From assembly GCA_900549285.1 (NCBI GenBank), contig URNW01000002.1, positions 15,450 to 79,449 of the forward strand: DNA of 64,000 nt, read 5' to 3'. This document shows, in pieces, positions 28,354-38,446 of the stretch. Each line of letters opens with the position of its first letter. Position 1 is the first letter of the stretch. The stretch is from an uncultured Mycoplasmatota bacterium (GTDB lineage: Bacteria; Bacillota_I; Bacilli_A; RF39; UBA660). The translations under genes were made by a program, and so were the position numbers. The notes below the pieces were generated by a model, which did not search any database, had not been told where the DNA came from, and saw only the letters and a program-made list of their open reading frames with translations.

Positions 28354-28433
28354 CCAAATGCCCCCTTTCTTATAACTATACTTTAGTTATATCATATAAA
28401 AAGGAGCATTTTTGTCGAACCGTGTCAATCCAT

Positions 28434-29552
28434 TTAGTAAGTTTTTATAGGTAAAATTAGTTGGATTAATGATTCATCTGTTAAAGATTTAATAATTAAT
28501 GGTTTTACATCACTGTTTAACAATAAAAGAATTTCTTCTTCTTGTAATGTTTTAATAGCTTCTAACATATATTTTGAAGAAAATGATATTTCTAGGTGTT
28601 CTTTATTATTTGTTTCTACTGTTAATTGTTCTTCTACTTTTCCAATTTCTGAAGCATAAGAATTTATAACCATTTTGGTATTATCTAAAGACATTTTGAC
28701 AATATTTTTATCTTTTCCCTGAGTCAGTAGAGCTGCTCTATCTATAGCATCATTAAATTCTCTTTTATTTACTTTAATAATATAGCTAAATTCACTAGGT
28801 ATTAAGTTAGATGTATTAGGATAACTTCCACTTAGTAAATTTGTTTGAAAATTAATATTTTTATATTTAAATAAGGCTTTATTATTAAATATATGGATTT
28901 CTATATCACTATCATCCATAATAATTTTTTCTAATTCCATAATGTTTTTACCAGGAATGACAATTTCAACATCTTTTTCTACTTCTTGAGTTAATTTAAT
29001 ATTCTTTTTGGCTAAACGATAAGAATCAGTTGCAACAGTCTCTAATACATCTTTTGCAAATTTAAAGTTTACTCCTGTTAAAATTGGTCTTAATTCTTGA
29101 TTTGATATTGCAAAAACAGTTTGATTAATAATAGTTTTAAATTCTTCTCCATTAATAACAATTGGGTCTTTATTTTCTTCTAGTTTTACATCTGGATAAT
29201 CATTAATATCTAAACAATTAAGATTATATTGATTGTTTTCTGTGTAAATTTTAATTTTTAAGCCATCTATTACTTCAAAGTTTATTAAATCACTTGGCAT
29301 TTTTCTTACAATGTCTAAGATATATTTACTTTGAATGATTATTCCTCCTACACTACTTATTTGTTTAATATCTTTAGATTCTATTAAAACCTTAATTGTT
29401 AATTCAGAATCACTTGCTGTTAGATAAAGTCCTGTATTTGTTAATTCAAATTTTATTCCATTTAAAACGGGTATTACATTTTTAGTTGATATTGCTCTTA
29501 TTACATTATTTAATCCTTCTAATATTACATTTTTTTCAATTGTGAATTTCAT
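28434..29552 (-). CDS. dnaN: DNA polymerase III subunit beta
   Basis: 372-aa sliding-clamp three-domain protein immediately downstream of dnaA. Confidence 0.95.
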   Translation of the reverse strand: MKFTIEKNVILEGLNNVIRAISTKNVIPVLNGIKFELTNTGLYLTASDSELTIKVLIESKDIKQISSVGGIIIQSKYILDIVRKMPSDLINFEVIDGLKIKIYTENNQYNLNCLDINDYPDVKLEENKDPIVINGEEFKTIINQTVFAISNQELRPILTGVNFKFAKDVLETVATDSYRLAKKNIKLTQEVEKDVEIVIPGKNIMELEKIIMDDSDIEIHIFNNKALFKYKNINFQTNLLSGSYPNTSNLIPSEFSYIIKVNKREFNDAIDRAALLTQGKDKNIVKMSLDNTKMVINSYASEIGKVEEQLTVETNNKEHLEISFSSKYMLEAIKTLQEEEILLLLNSDVKPLIIKSLTDESLIQLILPIKTY

Positions 29553-29696
29553 ATTTATTCCTTCTTTCTAATTTATTATTATTTATTATAGTGTTAATAA
29601 TGTTTATAACTTATTTTTTCCTTTATTATAAAGTCTTTTTTTATTATTTTTAATGTTTATAACTGATCTTTTATTCACAACTAGGTCACAAGTTAT
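29553..29696. promoter_or_regulatory. dnaA-dnaN intergenic origin segment (degenerate DnaA boxes, AT-rich candidate unwinding region)
   Basis: Two copies of TAATGTTTATAAC (reverse complement TTATAAACA, two mismatches to TTATCCACA), plus TTATTCACA near 29677, in an extremely AT-rich spacer. Confidence 0.45.
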
Positions 29697-31043
29697 TTAC
29701 AATTTAGCTTTAATCTCTTTTATCGCTCGTTCTAGTTCGTGATTTGTTAATAATTCTTGTTCAATTTTATCACAAGCAAATATTACTGTTGAATGATCTC
29801 TACCTCCAAATTCTAATCCTATTCTTGGGAATGTTTCATCTGTTTCCATTCGACATAAATACATGGCCAGTTGTCTTGGATGGGCAACTTTATTACTTCG
29901 TTTCTTTCCTTTTAGATCATCTACTGTTATATTATAGTGATCAGCGACAGCTTTTTGTATTTTAGTTATATTATTATTAGAATAGATATTTTTATTAACA
30001 AAGTCTTTTAATGCTTCGCATGTGAACTCTAAATCAATTGTTTTTGGGACAATCATTGCAGTGTAAGCCATTAATCGATTAACTGCTCCTTCTAAAAAAC
30101 GTATGTCATTTTGACAAGCATTAGCAATATATTCAATACTTTCTTCTTTTATTAAGTTTGCAATACTTGTATTTTCAATCTTTTTCCTTATAATTCGACA
30201 TCTTAAATCGAAATCTGGAGGATATATATCAACTGGTAGTCCCCACATAAATCGCGATCTTAATCTTTCTTCAAGAATTTTTAAGTCTTCTGGAGAACGA
30301 TCACTACTAATTATGATTTGTTTATTTGATTGATGAAGATAATTAAAGGTGTTAAAGAATTCTTGTTGGGTTTTTTCCGCTCCAACTAGATACTGGATAT
30401 CATCAATTATTAGTACATCAACATTTCGATATTTATTTTTAAAATCGTTGGCATATTCAACAGTATTTTTAGCATTATCGGGATTGGCAATGTTTGTATA
30501 TTCAGTCATGAATTCATCACATGTACAATATAAGACTCTGCGATTGGAATTAGCAACAATGAAATTGCCTATAGCATGCATCAAATGTGTTTTTCCTAGA
30601 CCACTTTTTCCATAGATGAACAATGGATTGTGAATTCTTCCTGGAGCTTCTGCAACTGCCATAGCTGCTACTTTAGCAAGTCTGTTTGTATCTCCTACGA
30701 CAAAGTTATCAAAATTGAGATTAGGATTTAAATTTGTTTCAAAGTTGTTGTTGATAACTTCATTGTTATTAACAACTTCTTCTTGTGTTTCTTTTATATC
30801 ACTTTCTAAGATGAATTCTATATCGTAAGTATTATTTGTAATATTGGTTAAGGTTTTATCAATTAAAGAATAGTAGTTATCTCCTAGCATCTTTTTGTGT
30901 ATTTCCATAGGGACTTTAAAGGTGATTTTATCATCTGTTAGATTGGTGATTTCTAAATCGTTAAACCATGCATGAAAGGATGCTGGATTTATTTCTTTAT
31001 ATATGCTATCTAAAAATTGTTTTAATAGTGTTTCTTTTCCCAA
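29697..31043 (-). CDS. dnaA: chromosomal replication initiator protein DnaA
   Basis: Walker A GKSGLGKTHLMHAIG, Walker B LIIDDIQ and a C-terminal DNA-binding helix region (GGRDHSTV). Confidence 0.97.
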   Translation of the reverse strand: MGKETLLKQFLDSIYKEINPASFHAWFNDLEITNLTDDKITFKVPMEIHKKMLGDNYYSLIDKTLTNITNNTYDIEFILESDIKETQEEVVNNNEVINNNFETNLNPNLNFDNFVVGDTNRLAKVAAMAVAEAPGRIHNPLFIYGKSGLGKTHLMHAIGNFIVANSNRRVLYCTCDEFMTEYTNIANPDNAKNTVEYANDFKNKYRNVDVLIIDDIQYLVGAEKTQQEFFNTFNYLHQSNKQIIISSDRSPEDLKILEERLRSRFMWGLPVDIYPPDFDLRCRIIRKKIENTSIANLIKEESIEYIANACQNDIRFLEGAVNRLMAYTAMIVPKTIDLEFTCEALKDFVNKNIYSNNNITKIQKAVADHYNITVDDLKGKKRSNKVAHPRQLAMYLCRMETDETFPRIGLEFGGRDHSTVIFACDKIEQELLTNHELERAIKEIKAKL

Positions 31044-31130
31044 CTAAACCTCACCCCACAGTCTGGACTTTTAACACAATAATTGTATCGCATTTTTTTT
31101 AGAATTTAAAGTCTAAAATCATAAAATTTT

Positions 31131-31381
31131 TTATCCACATGTTATTCACACGTTTTGTCTCTTATAATACCTTACTTTAGAATATTTATCAACACTATCA
31201 ACAAATTTTTTATTAAAAATATTTTTTATACACAATTGATATTTTTTTAATTATTGTTAATAGTGTGGATAACTTTTATTTTTGATACACGAGATTAGGT
31301 TGATACTAGGATTTCTAAAATATTTGATATGTGGATAACTTTCAGGTTATACACATTTTAATTATAAAACTCTGTGGATAA
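31131..31381. promoter_or_regulatory. oriC DnaA-box cluster upstream of dnaA
   Basis: Perfect boxes: TTATCCACA at 31131..31139; TGTGGATAA at 31264..31272, 31330..31338 and 31373..31381. One-mismatch boxes: 31142..31150 (TTATTCACA), 31186..31194 (TTATCAACA), 31226..31234 and 31347..31355 (TTATACACA). Confidence 0.85.
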
Positions 31382-31474
31382 AAAAAGAATTAATTTTGAT
31401 TAAAAAAAATAAATAGTGAATAAAAAGTGAATAATTTTAATTTTTATGAAAACCTACTATTTTATGGAAAAAAC

Positions 31475-31503
31475 TTGACTTCACTCTAATAAAATATTAT
31501 AAT
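31475..31503 (+). promoter_or_regulatory. sigma-A promoter of rpmH-rnpA
   Basis: TTGACT (31475..31480), a 17-nt spacer, then TATAAT (31498..31503). Confidence 0.6.
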
Positions 31504-31536
31504 TAAACCACTTGAGTTTTTAAGGAGGTGTCGTAT

Positions 31537-31659
31537 ATGAAAAGTACATTTCAACCTAATAATCGTAAGAAAGCAAAAAAACATGGATTCTTTGCTAGAA
31601 AAGAGTCTAGTATTTTAAAGAATAGACGTAAAAAAGGTCGTAAAGTTTTATCTAAGTAG
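31537..31659 (+). CDS. rpmH: 50S ribosomal protein L34
   Basis: Too short for the ORF track (40 aa): [22 protein letters not shown]...[11 protein letters not shown] behind AAGGAGG. A hairpin CCACTttctttctAGTGG plus T-run follows. Confidence 0.9.
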   Translation: MKSTFQPNNRKKAKKHGFFARKESSILKNRRKKGRKVLSK

Positions 31660-31713
31660 CCACTTTCTTTCTAGTGGTATTTTTTTTCTTTGATGAATTT
31701 AGGAAGTGAATTT

Positions 31714-32055
31714 ATGAAAAAATATGAAGTTGTTAAGAAAAATATGGATTTTAATGATATAATTAATACGGGATGTTGTTTGAAATCAAATTTTTATAAT
31801 ATATATTATAAGGATGTAAATTCAAGTTATCCTAAATTTGGTATTGCTGTTAGTAAAAAATTTGGTAATGCCGTAGAAAGAAATAAAGCAAAAAGACAAG
31901 TTAGATGTTTGATTGATCAAAATAAGAAAGTATTTCCAAATTCTAAAAATTATATTATAATGGTTAGGAAGAGAGTAAAAGATTTGTCTTATGCAAAAAT
32001 GGAACAGGAATTTGTTTTGTTATTACAGAAAGGATTTTTAAATGAAAAAAATTAA
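31714..32055 (+). CDS. rnpA: ribonuclease P protein component
   Basis: FGIAVSKKFGNAVERNKAKRQVR is the RNase P protein motif. Start taken at MKKYEVV behind GGAAGTGA. Confidence 0.9.
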   Translation: MKKYEVVKKNMDFNDIINTGCCLKSNFYNIYYKDVNSSYPKFGIAVSKKFGNAVERNKAKRQVRCLIDQNKKVFPNSKNYIIMVRKRVKDLSYAKMEQEFVLLLQKGFLNEKN

Positions 32056-33052
32056 AATTGGAATTTTAATATTGTTAGTATTTTCTTTAACTGCTTGTGG
32101 AAATAGTAATTATATTTTGGAAGATAATACTCCTGTTGAGTATAAAAAAACAGGTCAGATTCTGCAAAAGGATATTTTATGTAAGCCAGAAGATAAAGAG
32201 TTAGATGAGCTATATAGTGAGTATAAGGATCAAACTAAAATTCATTATGATGATTTGCCTTTATGTTCAGATTTTAGTTTATCTAGTAATAAAGCAGATG
32301 GTATTTGGGAAGGTATTTTTGTTAAACCTTTAGCATTTTTAATTTTAAAACTTGGTTATTTAATTAATAGTTTTGGTTTATCAGTTATTTTAATTGGTCT
32401 TGCTATTCGTTTAATTTTAATGCCAATTTCTGCTAAATCTATGAAACAATCAAATAATATGAAAAAAGCTCAACCTGAAATAGCTAGAATAGAAAAAAAA
32501 TATGCTAATAGAAAAGATAATGAATCTATGCTTCAAAAATCACAAGAGATGATGCTTGTTTATAAAAAGTATAATATTAGCCCTTTTGGTAGTTGTTTAT
32601 TAGCATTTATTCAACTTCCTTTATTCTTCGCTTTTTTGCAAGCTATTAATAGAACTCCTGCTATTTTTGAAGATACCTTTTTAGGTCTTACTTTGGGTCA
32701 AACACCAATGGTTGGTTTATTTGAATATCATCAATGGGCTTATTTAATTATTATTGTTTTAATTATTTTAACAACTTATTTGTCTTTTAAAAATTCTATG
32801 TCTACTACTCAGACTGGAAATCAAGATATGGAAAGACAAATGCAATTTATGTTTAAATTTATGATTATTATGATTTCTGTTGCGTCTTTATATTTATCAA
32901 CCGCTATTGCTTTATATTGGATTGCGACAAATGGTTTTGTTGTCCTTCAAAATTTATTTTTAAGAAAAATGAATGAAAGAGAAGAAAATAAAGATAAAAT
33001 TATAATTCCAAATAAAGAAAAAAAGAGGATAGATAAAAAGAAAGGAAAATAA
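32042..33052 (+). CDS. yidC: membrane protein insertase YidC/SpoIIIJ (lipoprotein form)
   Basis: Lipobox LTAC, a YidC/Oxa1 core with five TM segments and a basic C-terminal tail. Confidence 0.9.
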   Translation: MKKIKIGILILLVFSLTACGNSNYILEDNTPVEYKKTGQILQKDILCKPEDKELDELYSEYKDQTKIHYDDLPLCSDFSLSSNKADGIWEGIFVKPLAFLILKLGYLINSFGLSVILIGLAIRLILMPISAKSMKQSNNMKKAQPEIARIEKKYANRKDNESMLQKSQEMMLVYKKYNISPFGSCLLAFIQLPLFFAFLQAINRTPAIFEDTFLGLTLGQTPMVGLFEYHQWAYLIIIVLIILTTYLSFKNSMSTTQTGNQDMERQMQFMFKFMIIMISVASLYLSTAIALYWIATNGFVVLQNLFLRKMNEREENKDKIIIPNKEKKRIDKKKGK

Positions 33053-33054
33053 TC

Positions 33055-33663
33055 ATGAATGTAGTAAAAGAAGTAGCAAAAACAAAAGAAGAAGCTTTAA
33101 AACAAGTTTTAATCAAATTAAATGCGAATGAAGATGAAGTAGCTTATTCTTTTCATGAAATTAAAGGTGGACTTTTTAAAGGTGTTACTTATGAATGTAG
33201 GGGATTTTTAAAATTAGAAATTGTTGCAGATGTTCAAGAATTTTTAATGAAAATTTTAAAAGGTATGAATTTAGATGTTTCTTTTGAGGTTAATACAAAA
33301 GATGGTGTTACAACAATTAAAATGTATTCTTCTAATAATCCTATTATTATTGGTAAGAATGGGCAAAATTTAGAAGCATTAACAGTTATTGTTAGACAAT
33401 ACATAAGGAATTTAACGGAGAATGGTCCTAAAATTATTTTAGATGTTGAAGATTACAAAGATAGACAATTAAAAAGATTAGAACGTCTTGCTTGGAACTT
33501 AGCTAAAGATGTGGTAAGGACAAAAACGGATATTGAAATGGATAATATGAATTCTTATGAGAGAAGAGTTGTTCATAATGTGCTTGCTAATTTTAGAGGA
33601 GTTAAAACTGAAAGTATCGGAGAAGAACCTAATAGACATGTTGTGATTAAATATGATAATTAG
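33055..33663 (+). CDS. jag: RNA-binding protein Jag/KhpB (KH + R3H)
   Basis: Jag_N, KH (IIGKNGQNLEAL) and R3H (SYERRVVHNVL) domains, downstream of yidC. Confidence 0.9.
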   Translation: MNVVKEVAKTKEEALKQVLIKLNANEDEVAYSFHEIKGGLFKGVTYECRGFLKLEIVADVQEFLMKILKGMNLDVSFEVNTKDGVTTIKMYSSNNPIIIGKNGQNLEALTVIVRQYIRNLTENGPKIILDVEDYKDRQLKRLERLAWNLAKDVVRTKTDIEMDNMNSYERRVVHNVLANFRGVKTESIGEEPNRHVVIKYDN

Positions 33664-33766
33664 TGCTTAAAAAGCACTTTTTTTATGTATTTTAAAAAGA
33701 TTTTTTTAGTTAAGAAAAATAACGTATTTTAGGAACTATCATACAATACTTTAGAGGAGGATGTTT

Positions 33767-35131
33767 ATGGCTAAAAAGGTTGTTATCGATCCTGGTCATG
33801 GAGGAGAAGATCCTGGAACAAGTGCTAATGGTATTGTAGAAAAAGATTATACTTTAAAGATAAGTGAGTATATGGCTAATCGATTATCAGATTTGGGAAT
33901 TCAAACCGCTTTAACTAGAGATAGTGATGTAACTTTAGATTCTACTAATCGTCCTAAAAAAGCTCAAAGTTTGTTTGGGACGGGTAATGATGTTATTTTA
34001 GTTTCTAATCATATTAATGCTGGTGGTGGAGATGGAGCGGAAATTATTTATGCTTTGAGAAATAGTGATAATTTATCTTCTAAGATAGCCCAAGAATTTA
34101 TTAAATCTGGACAAAATGTGCGGAAATATTATCAAAGGAGACTTCCTAGTAATTCTAGTAAAGATTATTATTATATATTAAGAGAAACACCAAATAATGA
34201 ATCTATTATTGTAGAATATGGATTTGCTGATTCAACTGGGGATGATGTAGATCAAATTAAAAATAATTGGCAAGATTTAGCGGAAGCTGTAGTTCGTGCT
34301 TTAGCGGATTATATCGGAGTTAGTTATATTCCACCTGAAGGTGCAGAAGAAATTTATTATACTGTAAAAAAGGAAGATACTTTATATGGAATTGCTAAAC
34401 AATTTGGTATTAGTGTAGATGAACTTAAAATAAGCAATTATCTAACTAATAATACTTTACGTGTTGGACAAACACTTGTTATACCTAAAATAGAAGAGTC
34501 TGATAGTACTTATGAAAATAAATATATTGTAAAAAAAGGAGATACTCTTTATAGTATTGCTAAAAGATATGGTATGACAGTAGATGAACTTAAAGATTTA
34601 AACCATATTACTAATGATATTCTCTCCATTGGTCAAGAATTAATTATTACTGATGAAAATACAAATCCATTAGATACCTATACTGTGAAATCTGGTGATA
34701 CATTATATAGTATTGCCAATCGATTTGGACTTACAGTAGATGAAATAAAACAGCTGAACCATTTAACTAGTGATATTTTATCTGTAGGACAAGTTTTAAA
34801 TATTAGTAATAATAATGATTCTTCTAGTGATTCTGATCCTATTTATATTGTTAAGAAAGGTGATTCATTATATAGTATAGCACGTAAATTTGGAATTACG
34901 GTGGATGATTTGATGAAGACTAATGGAAAAACTTCTAATTTAATTTCTATTGGCGAATCTTTAGTGATTCCTCTACATTCTAATACTCATAAAAGAACAT
35001 ATGAAGTACAAACAAATGATAGTTTATGGAAGATAGCTCAAGCTTATGGAACAAGTGTAAATGCGATTAAAAAAGCTAATGGATTAACTAGTGATTTACT
35101 TTCTATAGGGCAAGTTTTAGTAATACCTTAA
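33767..35131 (+). CDS. N-acetylmuramoyl-L-alanine amidase (Amidase_3) with five LysM repeats
   Basis: VIDPGHGGEDPGT amidase_3 N-terminus, then five repeats of the Y-x-V-K-x-GDTLY-x-IA type. Start at MAKKVV behind GGAGG. Confidence 0.85.
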   Translation: MAKKVVIDPGHGGEDPGTSANGIVEKDYTLKISEYMANRLSDLGIQTALTRDSDVTLDSTNRPKKAQSLFGTGNDVILVSNHINAGGGDGAEIIYALRNSDNLSSKIAQEFIKSGQNVRKYYQRRLPSNSSKDYYYILRETPNNESIIVEYGFADSTGDDVDQIKNNWQDLAEAVVRALADYIGVSYIPPEGAEEIYYTVKKEDTLYGIAKQFGISVDELKISNYLTNNTLRVGQTLVIPKIEESDSTYENKYIVKKGDTLYSIAKRYGMTVDELKDLNHITNDILSIGQELIITDENTNPLDTYTVKSGDTLYSIANRFGLTVDEIKQLNHLTSDILSVGQVLNISNNNDSSSDSDPIYIVKKGDSLYSIARKFGITVDDLMKTNGKTSNLISIGESLVIPLHSNTHKRTYEVQTNDSLWKIAQAYGTSVNAIKKANGLTSDLLSIGQVLVIP

Positions 35132-35184
35132 AAAATAACTTTTTATTAAGTTATTTTTTTGATATAATTTTTAAGGTGAAGTAT

Positions 35185-35643
35185 ATGAAAATTAGAGGAT
35201 TTGAAATAGCAAAAGGTTATGAAGATAAGGATATTCATTTGCCAGTTAGAAAAACAAAATATTCGGCTGCTTATGATGTTGAAGCTGCAGAAGATGTGGT
35301 TATTCCAATTTTTAAACCTGGAACTAAGCCTACATTAATTCCTACGGGATTAAAGGCTTATTGTCTTGAAGATGAATATTATATTCTTATTAGTCGTAGC
35401 AGTGGACCCAAGAAGGGACTTTTAATGAGTAATGGAATAGGTATTATTGATTGTGATTATTATGAAAATGAAGGAAATGATGGACATTTTTATTTTCAAT
35501 ATTATAATGTATCAGATCATGAAATTGTTATTCATAAGGGTGATGTTATTGGTCAGGTAATATTTCAAAAGTATTTATTAGTTGATCATGATCATAGTGA
35601 AAATATTCGTATTGGTGGTTTTGGTTCTACAGATAAAAAATAG
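35185..35643 (+). CDS. dut: dUTP diphosphatase
   Basis: Trimeric dUTPase motifs (SAAYDV, GIGIIDCDY, RIGGFGST). Start at MKIRGF behind AAGGTGA. Confidence 0.85.
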   Translation: MKIRGFEIAKGYEDKDIHLPVRKTKYSAAYDVEAAEDVVIPIFKPGTKPTLIPTGLKAYCLEDEYYILISRSSGPKKGLLMSNGIGIIDCDYYENEGNDGHFYFQYYNVSDHEIVIHKGDVIGQVIFQKYLLVDHDHSENIRIGGFGSTDKK

Positions 35644-35666
35644 AAGAGCTCAAATAAGTTCTTCTT

Positions 35667-36089
35667 TTAATATAACTCATTACATTCTCCACTTTTGGGG
35701 CGATAAAAGCAGTGGTTTTTATATTTACCAGCTAGTGGTTGATCATACCAAGTACTGGTGCAATTTTTATTGTTTCCTGGTGCATAAAACCATAAAGAAT
35801 GTGTAGCTGGATAGTAATACTCTCCTTTTAAAGTACGTTTGGCTAAATTTTTTTCTTCAGTTGTTGATGAAGCATAAAAAAGAGATGAGTTTGTTCCAAC
35901 AAATTGGTTTGGCTGGTATATGGCATCTTCAATTGAATTAATATTTTTAAATGTATAACAATCAGCAATAACACGATTTACTACTACATTTCCAACCATT
36001 AACATTCCTAGATTTCCTTCTGTTTGTGCTTCAGCACGCATAATTCTAGCTAAAAGGTCTAATTCTTTATTGGTATAATTTATTAACAT
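35667..36089 (-). CDS. cwlJ: spore cortex-lytic enzyme CwlJ-like (Hydrolase_2)
   Basis: Alignable throughout to B. subtilis CwlJ: LLARIMRAEAQTEGNLGMLMVGNVVVNRV...IYQPNQF...WYDQPLAGKYKNHCFY. Confidence 0.85.
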   Translation of the reverse strand: MLINYTNKELDLLARIMRAEAQTEGNLGMLMVGNVVVNRVIADCYTFKNINSIEDAIYQPNQFVGTNSSLFYASSTTEEKNLAKRTLKGEYYYPATHSLWFYAPGNNKNCTSTWYDQPLAGKYKNHCFYRPKSGECNELY

Positions 36090-36174
36090 ATAAGATCACC
36101 TAATTTATTATATGAAAATACTAGTAAATTGTAATAATTTATGATATAATTCTTTTATATATTGATTTAATTTT

Positions 36175-36248
36175 AGGGGATTAGTTAAATGGTATAATAG
36201 GAGTCTCCAAAACTTTAGTTGGGAGTTCGATTCTCTCATCCCCTGCCA
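36175..36248 (+). tRNA. trnW: tRNA-Trp (anticodon CCA)
   Basis: 74-nt cloverleaf: acceptor AGGGGAT/ATCCCCT, anticodon arm GGAGT-CTCCAAA-ACTTT, T arm GGGAG-TTCGATT-CTCTC and an encoded 3' GCCA. Confidence 0.9.
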
Positions 36249-36349
36249 GATGTGGATAATCTCCAAAAATATGGAGTAAACATATATAAAAGCACGGAAA
36301 ACGTAGAGTTTATCCGTGTTTTAGTTTGCTTGTAAATTTGGAGGTAAAA

Positions 36350-36529
36350 ATGATAAAAAATTATGTAGAATTAAAAAGAAACGAAAAGTTTGAGAAAAAA
36401 ATTAGAATTGCTTGTGATTTTCATAGTGCAAAATATGAGTTTACGCAAGGAAGAATATTAAATGTAGATAAAGTAAATGTGAGTTTTATAGAACCACATA
36501 GATTTTTAATAAAATTAAATGGTAAATAG
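36350..36529 (+). CDS. hypothetical small protein
   Basis: ORF with the start moved to MIKNYVELK behind GGAGG. No recognisable motif. Confidence 0.35.
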   Translation: MIKNYVELKRNEKFEKKIRIACDFHSAKYEFTQGRILNVDKVNVSFIEPHRFLIKLNGK

Positions 36530-36692
36530 ATATTGGGATTATATCTTAAAGAAGATATTGCATTTAATTCTCAAAAATTAGAAGTGTCTTTATATCCTTA
36601 GTTCTTGCTCGTATATTGTAAAATCGTCGATTTTATGCTAAAATAAAGATGTATAAAAATAATGAAAGTATTTGTGAAAAGCGGTGAAATTT

Positions 36693-37229
36693 ATGAATGA
36701 AATAGATAAAAAAAGTTTAGAAAATGCCAAAAAATTATTTTCAAGTGGAGATATTAACCACATTGAAATTGGAACAACAAAAGGATTACAACAAATTCAT
36801 AAATATTTATTTGATGGTTTGTATGATTTTGCTGGTAAAATTAGAAAAGAAAATATTTCTAAAGGTAATTTTAGATTTGGTAATTCTCTTTATTTAAAAG
36901 AAATGCTAAAGAAAATTGAAACAATGAGTGAAAAAACTTTAAATGAAATCATAGATAAGTATGTTGAAATGAATATCGCTCATCCATTTTTAGAGGGAAA
37001 TGGTAGAAGTACAAGAATTTGGTTAGATTTAATATTAAAGAAAAATTTAAATAAAATTGTCAATTGGGAAAATATAGATAAAAAACTTTATTTACAAGCT
37101 ATGGAAAGAAGTCCAGTTAACACATTAGAAATTAAAACTTTAATAGAAAATAATTTAACAGATGATCTGAGTTTAGAAAGCGTTTTTAAAGGGATTGAAA
37201 CATCTTACTACTATGAAACTAATGATTAA
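36693..37229 (+). CDS. Fic-domain protein (AMPylase family), short single-domain type
   Basis: Fic motif [12 protein letters not shown]. About 178 aa. The C-terminal TSYYYET resembles a class III inhibitory helix (S/T)xxxE(G/N), with T at the last position. Confidence 0.8.
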   Translation: MNEIDKKSLENAKKLFSSGDINHIEIGTTKGLQQIHKYLFDGLYDFAGKIRKENISKGNFRFGNSLYLKEMLKKIETMSEKTLNEIIDKYVEMNIAHPFLEGNGRSTRIWLDLILKKNLNKIVNWENIDKKLYLQAMERSPVNTLEIKTLIENNLTDDLSLESVFKGIETSYYYETND

Positions 37230-37542
37230 AAATTATAAAACAAAAAGTTTGTAATCTTTTAAGTCATGGTGTTATAATGTAAATAAACTCCTAATATTGA
37301 AGTTTTTAATATAAAGTGAGAAAGCTTGAAAGAATAGCTATTTATAGTTTAGTAAAAGTAGATGAAAATCTTAATATTAGTTAAACCTCTTATGTAATTT
37401 GCAACTATTATTTTATAAAATGTGAAATGTAAAAAATATTTGATTATTTGGTTAAATATTTTATTATATCGAGAAAAGCTATAAATTAGTAGTTAATAAT
37501 ATTTATAGAATATGTATTAAAACTAAAATTGGAGTAGTGGTT

Positions 37543-38139
37543 ATGAGTAGGGAAGAATTTTTAACTAAATATTGGAGATATTATTTAAATATTGAAAATA
37601 GCGTTATTGATTTAGAAAAGTATATTACTTTTGATAAAAGAAATTATTCTTGCTTTTCTGATGAATTTATTAAAGTAATTCAAGTCATTTGTTCAGAAAT
37701 AGATGTAATAGCAAAACTAATAACTTCCAAAGATAATATGGATGGGTATAAGAAATTTTTAATAAATGATGATAAATATAACAAAATAAAAGAAAGCAAA
37801 ACAGAACTACAATTTCATAAGGCAATAGTACTATCACCATTTGAATTTATAGATCTAGTTGCAGGATTGAATTGGTGGGGAGATTATAATAAAATTAAAC
37901 ACAATAGACAAAAGGATGATAATTTTACTAAGGCGAACTTGTATAATGTGTTAACATCTCTAGCTGCACTATATTTTTTAGAATGTTTTTACTATCACAA
38001 TAACTATTTTGATGCTGAAAATAGAAATAATGATTCTATGCCTAGACCAAAATCAAAATTGTTTAATTCAATTAGTAATATTAAAGATAATGTTGTTGAA
38101 AGCCTAGAAGGTATTGTATATGCTGAATGGGATGATTAA
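37543..38139 (+). CDS. hypothetical protein, possible HEPN-like helical domain
   Basis: All-helical-looking 198 aa with WWGDYNKIKHNR followed by an ALYFLE helix. The assignment is speculative. Confidence 0.3.
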   Translation: MSREEFLTKYWRYYLNIENSVIDLEKYITFDKRNYSCFSDEFIKVIQVICSEIDVIAKLITSKDNMDGYKKFLINDDKYNKIKESKTELQFHKAIVLSPFEFIDLVAGLNWWGDYNKIKHNRQKDDNFTKANLYNVLTSLAALYFLECFYYHNNYFDAENRNNDSMPRPKSKLFNSISNIKDNVVESLEGIVYAEWDD

Positions 38140-38446
38140 TTGTGAAAAAACTTTATTGAAATAAAATTATAATTTTGGTAAGTATAACTAAAAATTTGGA
38201 CACTTTTCAAGAGTGATATCTTTTGATATTATTGTAGAATTTAAGAAAATAAGTATATATCTGTATGAATGTTGTAATTTGTAAGATGTTTAAGAAGAAT
38301 TTAAAAAATTTATAAGAATATCATTATGTAAATAAAATTAATGATATTTTTTTTATATAAAGAAATTTTATTTTAAATTATATTTTTAATTACTGTGTCT
38401 TTCGTAATGTTTAAAAATAAAAAGAGGAAATTTCATAGTATTTCCT

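Noticed and set aside
36175-38446. tRNA-Trp-adjacent region as an integrated mobile element
   Set aside because: No integrase or excisionase was found, and I could not find a direct repeat of the tRNA 3' end at the distal side. It is reported only as an accessory islet.
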